Below, piece by piece: positions 10,861 to 13,610 of a stretch of 13,610 nucleotides of DNA. Made by a program: the position numbers and the translations under genes. Position 1 is the stretch's first letter. The number at the start of each line of letters is the position of its first letter. Origin of the DNA: an uncultured archaeon (GTDB lineage Archaea; Asgardarchaeota; Heimdallarchaeia; Heimdallarchaeales; Heimdallarchaeaceae); NCBI GenBank assembly GCA_964549075.1, contig CAZJUB010000072.1, positions 1-13,610 on the forward strand, given 5' to 3'. The notes beneath the pieces were generated by a model. That model made no database searches, was not told the DNA's origin, and saw only the letters and a program-made list of their open reading frames with translations.

Positions 10861-10886
10861 AAAAATAAAAAAGAGAAAGAAAAGAA
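10861..10886 (-). terminator. Oligo-T archaeal-type terminator after the ABC permease
   Basis: Minus strand TTCTTTTCTTTCTCTTTTTTATTTTT immediately after the stop at 10887. Confidence 0.55.
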
Positions 10887-11618
10887 TTAGAATTGTTTCT
10901 TACTAAAGATAAATATTCCTAGAGCCAGAAAAACTGCCGTTGCAGCAAATCCAACCCCCAATGCCAAATATAAGGGATCAATATTTGCTGCTAGCGCGCC
11001 AGTTTGTTCTAATAAGCGAGGTAATAGTGCTAAAGTTGAAATTTGTTGACCAAGATAAAAAGATAGAATTGCTGACACTGCAACTGATCTTGCTATCATT
11101 CCTATAAACAATCCAATAACACAAGCCACAGACATCGCTGATATAGCAATAAAAAGATCTGCAATTGATGTATTGATAATATTTTTCAAAAAGAAATCAG
11201 GAATCATGGAAATTTCATCTGAAAATTTGATTGAATCAATAATTATCCCAATTGCAAAACTCAAAAAAGAAGCGATTATCAAGGTTATCATCATCGCTAT
11301 ATATTTTGAAACTATTAACTGCCATCTTTTCACTGGACGTATTAAAAAGAGAGTATAGACACTTTTTGTTATTTCATTTGTCATTGTTGTTCCAAGAATT
11401 ACAGAAGCAAGTACTCCTCCAACAATAGCAATAAGCACTCCTGTAAACATAGTCACAGGTAAGTCACTCTGTGCAGGTGTTAAAAAGTGCATAAGAATAA
11501 CAATTGTAGGCATTCCAACCCATACAACAAAAATTGCTTTTGACTTTGCATACCCTTTGAACTCGTCCCAGAGTAGTATAAACAGATTTCTCATGCTATT
11601 TTGAAAAGCACCACTCAT
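10887..11618 (-). CDS. ABC-2 type transporter permease
   Basis: About 6 TM helices. Motif EITKSVYTLFLIRPVKRWQLIVSKY. ATGA overlap (11615-11618) with the ATPase stop indicates translational coupling. Confidence 0.85.
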   Translation of the reverse strand: MSGAFQNSMRNLFILLWDEFKGYAKSKAIFVVWVGMPTIVILMHFLTPAQSDLPVTMFTGVLIAIVGGVLASVILGTTMTNEITKSVYTLFLIRPVKRWQLIVSKYIAMMITLIIASFLSFAIGIIIDSIKFSDEISMIPDFFLKNIINTSIADLFIAISAMSVACVIGLFIGMIARSVAVSAILSFYLGQQISTLALLPRLLEQTGALAANIDPLYLALGVGFAATAVFLALGIFIFSKKQF

Positions 11619-12583
11619 CTCGAAACACCATCCATTACATATTTCAAGTAGACTTCTTCTAAGGAGGGTTTTAAATGATTGAAATTTCGAATCACTATCT
11701 GTTCTTTTACAAAGAAATCCATTAGTTCAATTAAACCTTTATCCAAGTCTACATCCTTTTCAAACATGATAATAATTGCTTTGGGATCTTTTTCATCTAT
11801 TTCTACTGAATCAACTACTGATATCTGTTGTATTTTTTTGATCTTGTCCGCTATATTAGGACTGATGACTCTAACACCTTCTCCCACTAGAAGTTCTTTT
11901 TCAAGATCTTCAGGTTTTCCAACTCTAGCTATTTGTCCTCTATTAATAATCCCTATCGATGTAGCGATATCTTCTACATCATCAAGAATATGAGAAGAGA
12001 AGAGAATCGTAACATCAGTATCTTTAGAAAGTTTTTGAATAGTATTCTTTAACTGCCACCTGCTTGTTGGATCAAGTCCACCAAGAGGTTCGTCAAGTAT
12101 TAGGATAGGGGGATTGTGTAGTAAAGCTTGAGCAAGTTTAAGTTTCTGTTTCATACCACCAGAAAGATGTTTGATTTTTCTCTTGCGAGCATCAGATAAT
12201 CCTACAAGCTCTAACACTTCTGGGATGCTTGTTGCCAAATCGGCTCTAGACATTTTTGATAACCTTCCAAAAGTTGAAAGAGCATGATCCACAGTTCTCC
12301 ACTCTTGAAAACCAACATCTTGAGGCAAATAACCTATCAAATTGTTAATATCTGGATTTTCTGAATGGAGATACCCATTTATCCTTACTTGACCTGTGTG
12401 ATTACTAATAAGACCTACAAGAATCTTCAAAGAAGTAGTCTTCCCTGCACCATTAGGTCCAATATACCCAAATATCTCTCCTTTTTCAACTCTAAAAGAA
12501 GCATCTTTGAGAGCTTCAATTGTACCATAATTCTTTGATACATGAGAGAATTCAATTGCTGAAACTGTCGCTCCTTTTGACAC
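11615..12583 (-). CDS. ABC-2 type (multidrug/exporter) transporter ATP-binding protein
   Basis: Walker A GPNGAGKTT, Q-loop YLPQD, signature LSGGMKQK, Walker B LILDEP, H-switch SSH. Start placed at in-frame GTG 12583 (preceded by AGGTTGA) rather than the track's 12610. Confidence 0.92.
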   Translation of the reverse strand: MSKGATVSAIEFSHVSKNYGTIEALKDASFRVEKGEIFGYIGPNGAGKTTSLKILVGLISNHTGQVRINGYLHSENPDINNLIGYLPQDVGFQEWRTVDHALSTFGRLSKMSRADLATSIPEVLELVGLSDARKRKIKHLSGGMKQKLKLAQALLHNPPILILDEPLGGLDPTSRWQLKNTIQKLSKDTDVTILFSSHILDDVEDIATSIGIINRGQIARVGKPEDLEKELLVGEGVRVISPNIADKIKKIQQISVVDSVEIDEKDPKAIIIMFEKDVDLDKGLIELMDFFVKEQIVIRNFNHLKPSLEEVYLKYVMDGVSR

Positions 12584-12665
12584 AATAATCAACCTAACAT
12601 AAATTATCAAAGTTACTTAAAAATAGTTGTAAATGAAAGGAGAATTCAAAAATCATTTGCATTTG

Positions 12666-12673
12666 TTTAAATA
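12666..12673 (+). promoter_or_regulatory. Canonical archaeal TATA box for the radical SAM gene
   Basis: TTTAAATA 25-32 nt before ATG 12698. Confidence 0.55.
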
Positions 12674-12697
12674 GCTGAATGATTTGAATACGCTTTA

Positions 12698-13610
12698 ATG
12701 ACAGCAATTAACTCAGCAGAATCGGTTAAGAGATTATATCTTAACAATGAAACTATTGAAGATTCAACAATAGACATTTTTAATGAATCTATTGTAAAAT
12801 TCTTCAAAAATGCACTTAAAATTAGTTTAAAGAAACCCAATCAAGCCATCTTTCTACTTAAAGCATTAAGAAATCAGAGAATAGCGATCAAAACAAGAAA
12901 TAGATGGAAAAGCAATGGTATTCATGTTCCTGCTTTCTTGATTTTTAGTATTACAGGTAGATGTAATCTAAAATGTAAAGGCTGCTATGCTCATGCTCAA
13001 CATAGAGAAAAGGAAAAAGAACTGGATACGATAAGAATTAGAAGGTTATTTCAAGAAGCAGCTGAGTTAGGTATTTCTATGATTCTTATAGCGGGTGGAG
13101 AGCCGATGCTTCGTCCTGAACTTTTTGAAATAACTAAGGATTTTCCTGAAATCATCTTTGCTATCTTCACAAATGGAACACTTTTGGATAATACTGTGAT
13201 AGAGAAAATTAAAAAACAAAGGAATGTTGTTCCACTTCTCAGTACAGAAGGATTAGAGCAAGAAACAGATGATAGGAGAGGAGACGGTATTTATAGAAAA
13301 TTGCGATTACTGATGGATAAATTATGGGAAAACAATATTTTTTTCGGAACATCTTTGACTTTAACTTCTACAAACTATTCACTAATTACAAACGAACTTT
13401 TTGTAGAGGACTTTGTTAAGAAAGGACTTGTTCTTATAGATTTTTTTGCAGAATGGTGTATGCCCTGCTTAATGATGGCTCCAATAATTGATGAATTAAG
13501 TGAGAAATTTAAGGGAAAAATAAAATTTGGAAAAGTCAATGTAAGTGAGGATCAAGAGCTCGCAAGAAAATTTAATGTTAATTCTATTCCAAATTTCACA
13601 CTTTTTAAAG
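12698..13610 (+). CDS. Radical SAM protein continuing in-frame into a thioredoxin domain (3'-truncated by the window)
   Basis: Manual translation gives 304 codons without a stop: MTAINSAES...SITGRCNLKCKGCYA (CxxxCxxC at 12962-12985)...IAGGEPMLR...FTNGTLLD...STEG..ETDDRRGDG...FVEDFVKKGLVLIDFFAEWCMPCLMMAPIIDELSEKFKGKIKFGKVNVSEDQELARKFNVNSIPNFTLFK. Confidence 0.85.
   Translation, partial: MTAINSAESVKRLYLNNETIEDSTIDIFNESIVKFFKNALKISLKKPNQAIFLLKALRNQRIAIKTRNRWKSNGIHVPAFLIFSITGRCNLKCKGCYAHAQHREKEKELDTIRIRRLFQEAAELGISMILIAGGEPMLRPELFEITKDFPEIIFAIFTNGTLLDNTVIEKIKKQRNVVPLLSTEGLEQETDDRRGDGIYRKLRLLMDKLWENNIFFGTSLTLTSTNYSLITNELFVEDFVKKGLVLIDFFAEWCMPCLMMAPIIDELSEKFKGKIKFGKVNVSEDQELARKFNVNSIPNFTLFK

Noticed and set aside
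11173-11993. ORFs 11173-11358 and 11679-11993
   Set aside because: Antisense shadows of the ABC permease and ATPase.
10887-13610. Possible RiPP cluster (radical SAM + ABC exporter + thioredoxin)
   Set aside because: No precursor peptide, RRE domain or peptidase is visible. The genes are divergent and the exporter is a generic ABC-2 type. Cannot be supported from this window.

Overview
AT-rich, gene-dense 13.6 kb window that looks archaeal: TATA/BRE boxes about 25-35 nt before start codons, a GGTGA ribosome-binding site, and oligo-T terminators. A transmembrane RING-finger gene suggests an Asgard (possibly Heimdallarchaeia-like) host; this is inference. Contents in order: a partial membrane/secreted protein (left edge), an intergenic region with two apparent gene remnants (a VPEF-TM-basic sorting tail and a CinA/PncC-like fragment), a TPR-like protein, a GlcD/D-lactate-dehydrogenase-type FAD oxidoreductase divergent from a DUF917 protein, a GH2 beta-galactosidase co-oriented behind a KstD-like 3-ketosteroid delta1-dehydrogenase, a membrane protein, a Zn-finger/2TM/RING protein, and an ABC-2 exporter pair. 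At the right edge, absent from the ORF track, is a reading frame in which a radical SAM domain runs in-frame into a WCMPC thioredoxin. It is either a novel fusion or an assembly chimera. No rRNA, tRNA, CRISPR array or transposase was recognised.
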